From assembly GCA_964016885.1 (NCBI GenBank), contig OZ024749.1, positions 47,244,001 through 47,308,000 of the forward strand: a DNA stretch of 64,000 bases. The letters run 5' to 3'. Both the position numbers and the translations under genes were made by a program. Source of the DNA: Eledone cirrhosa. Lineage: Eukaryota. This document shows positions 60,609 to 64,000 of this stretch, piece after piece (position 1 is the first letter of the stretch; each line of letters opens with the position of its first letter). Below the pieces are notes generated by a model, which saw only the letters and a list, made by a program, of their open reading frames with translations, did no database searches and had not been told where the DNA came from.

Positions 60609-61499
60609 CATATATATACATATATATATATATGCATACGCAACTGCACTTATGCTTATGTATTCACGTTTAAACAAATATACGCTTAAAATAAGATGTC
60701 TAATATTGAGTTATCATTGTTTTGGCATCTACTTTCTAAACTACATTCATGCCTATGAAACATTGTTCACATAAAACTTATGTGAACGATACATATACAT
60801 ACTTGTACTTGCATCTTTTTGGACCACATATAATGTGCAGCAATGCATGGGAAATATATATATATTTATCCGGTGAAATGATTAAGATTTAAATAATATA
60901 CTATAAAGAGACGTCTGGTGAATATACATTTATATTTCACTTGGAAAAAGTTCCTAAATACTACTTAAGAAATTGAATTCTTCCATCGAGGGAGATTGAA
61001 TAGAGATCACAAGAAAATAGTCAAACTTATCTCATCAAAAATAGTCTCTGCCCCATATATATATCAATATACATATGGGTAATATATATATATATATATG
61101 GACATATATATATACACATATATATATATACACATATATGTATATGTCGATATACGCATAAATACTATATATTAACGGTTTGTGTCATATGTATTATGTA
61201 TTGAAATAACTCCTTCGAAACTAGAAATGTTTCAGTAGTATGAAATCATAATGACTGTTCTAATGATTTCATAGGAATCTGCCATTTATATATACACACA
61301 TTTGTATCTATCTATCTAATCTATCTAATATATATATCTGTCTCTATCTCTCTCTCTATATATATATAAGCTTCCTGATGATTTCTCACGAATGGATCAG
61401 TTTTGATCCTGTAGAATCTTTTTTATATATACATTATATATATATATAAGGGTAGGTTCTATACGTAGACATTATATACTTATTTTATTCATAATTTAT

Positions 61500-61600
61500 G
61501 AAGTTAACTTTGCCTTTCATCCCTACGGGGTCGATACAATAAAGTACGAGTAATGTATTGTGATAACTGATGGCCTTGTGCCAAAATGTAGAAACAATTA
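61500..61600 (+). mobile_element. SINE 3' half
   Basis: GTTAACTTTGCCTTTCATCCCTACGGGGTCGATA..GTAGAAACAATTA. Confidence 0.88.
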
Positions 61601-62285
61601 TTTATAATGTTTTCTTATTCGTATTTCTTAGAAGACTGGAAACCCTTGAAACTTAGAGCATACATATTATAATATTATCTATGCCAGTACATAGGCAGGT
61701 CATGTATATAGGAATACATTTAATGTACTAGTACAAAACATTGTTTTCTAAAATTTGATTCGAAGGATGGTTGAACGTGTTTGCACCTGAATATATAAAT
61801 TGCAATAGATTTGAACAGCTATTTCATATTTGCCCCTTTATATATCTACTATTAATATTAATCTATGTGATACATACAAGACGGGATAACTCTACGCTAT
61901 CAAATACTATACATCTAAGGCTTTTAGTTAGGAGCTTCTTGAGACATAGGAAAGCGGACGGCTTATTTGTATTGGATATTTCCACTTGCCTTATGGTGAC
62001 AATAATGTACTCAGTAATACATTATTTATTTCACTTTCGTATATATATTGACCATCTCTAGCCTATTCATTTCGTCTTGAAAATGGTAATACGATTCATA
62101 TATGACCGATGGTTTATATAAATACTGAATATTTACAATACATTGGTATATATATTATCAAAAGGTAACACAAACATGCTTTTAGTCGTGAAATATATTA
62201 CGGAGTGACAGTGGTTGATTAGTTTATTTTATACTCAATACTCTGTGAGGGAATATATAAGTATATATATATATATATATATGTA

Positions 62286-62433
<148 letters not shown>

Positions 62434-62434
62434 A

Positions 62435-62547
<113 letters not shown>

Positions 62548-62550
62548 AAT

Positions 62551-62583
<33 letters not shown>

Positions 62584-62586
62584 AAT

Positions 62587-62775
<189 letters not shown>

Positions 62776-63384
62776 ATCACATGAATCAAAGTTCTGTTCA
62801 AACCATTTATTAGCTTACAATTGTTTCGTACAAACCGAGGTTTGGTGTCTTCGGAGCAACATTTCAATGATTGTTTACATACATGACCTCCTTTCCAACA
62901 CAAGAGACATACAGAAACATATGTATATATCGATGCACAGTGGGGTGACATCCATCATAATATTTTACCATGTAAATTTACATTCAAAATTTAAAATCAT
63001 ATTAAAAGAAAATTAAAACAAAATTAAAGTTAAAATACAACATCGGCAGTTTACGAAGATAATGCAAGAGGATAGTTTGAAGTAGTTAGTGTATGCTATA
63101 GTTAAAGCACAATAGGTAAAGAACAACACGCTGTAATAATCTAACCTAATACATCAAGCTTCCAATACTGAATCATCGTGAATTATGTGAAGAACATATA
63201 ATCTATATATTACGTTTCCTGGATTGTGAAAATGGTGGTGTATACGAAAACCTTAACATTATTTTACTTCTCATTTTTAATATTTCACTGCACACAAGCT
63301 TCTTTATCATACATAAAAAATACTTTACCAGTACAACTCCCCGTGTAACTATTGCATACACTAACTACTTCAAACTATCCTCTT

Positions 63385-63663
63385 GCATTATCTTTCGGAA
63401 ATAAAAAAATAAGATACTCCACTTCGCTCGCGGGCTACATCACATCACTAAATGACTTAAACATCAGCTTCTCCACGCACTGGGATATTGTCGGAAGGGC
63501 TGCACCGTACGACTTCAAGTGGAAATGCGATCTTTGCCTCATGGAGCTCCACCACATCATAACTGCACCCCACAAGCTCATCAACAGCAGAGCTGATACA
63601 GCGATAAGTTGTACACATCGCTTTACAATATCCTGCTTCAGATTGGTTAAGGATGAGGAGTGA
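63385..63663 (+). pseudogene. PLE GIY-YIG endonuclease C-terminal fragment
   Basis: STSLAGYITSLNDLNISFSTHWDIVGRAAPYDFKWKCDLCLMELHHIITAPHKLINSRAD..SCTHR; same motif type as the end of 35407-35766. Confidence 0.72.
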
Positions 63664-64000
63664 AACCGTGCACCGGACCTCCCTGCAACAAATCTCAACA
63701 CCCCGGCAGGCACGCGCTGCAAAATAACATCCAGGAAACTATCCTTGCATACCGGACCCAGCCTCAAACGACTCAGACAAACAGATGCAGCAAAAAAAAA
63801 ACTCTCAAAATAAGCGTTGATTACATGCGTATCGACAATGGTAAGGTTGTAACATCATCTCGTAGCAGATAAAAAAAATGTCCGGGAAAGACTGCCCTAA
63901 CACCGTCCAGAGTTACCTCCATTGACCTGCTGCAAAATCAAAACAAGCTATTTTTGCAAGCAATGTACCTTGACTTAGATTTAACCCCAACAACTCTTTC

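Overview
AT-rich, microsatellite-saturated animal DNA. The dominant tRNA-headed SINE resembles octopod cephalopod SINEs, so that host is an inference. No complete host gene is visible, and almost all ORFs in the supplied track are microsatellite artefacts. Supported content: about 22 copies of one SINE family, a rearranged Penelope-like retroelement (PLE; RT YVDD plus GIY-YIG) at 9.7-11.8 kb, two further PLE protein remnants, a non-autonomous Helitron, RTE-LINE pieces, and a candidate TATA/Inr promoter with first exon at 7.3-7.5 kb. The most notable signal is a set of about 12 short non-coding inserts from several unrelated families, nearly all embedded in (TA)n tracts. They carry type I hammerhead ribozyme (HHR) motifs, some with very long stem II domains (82-229 nt). 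Many are fold-back palindromes whose symmetry centre lies on the ribozyme itself (stem II loop, catalytic core or stem I). This suggests hammerhead-guided snap-back cDNA synthesis during PLE-driven insertion into TA microsatellites. All coordinates and pairings were read by eye; none were computed.
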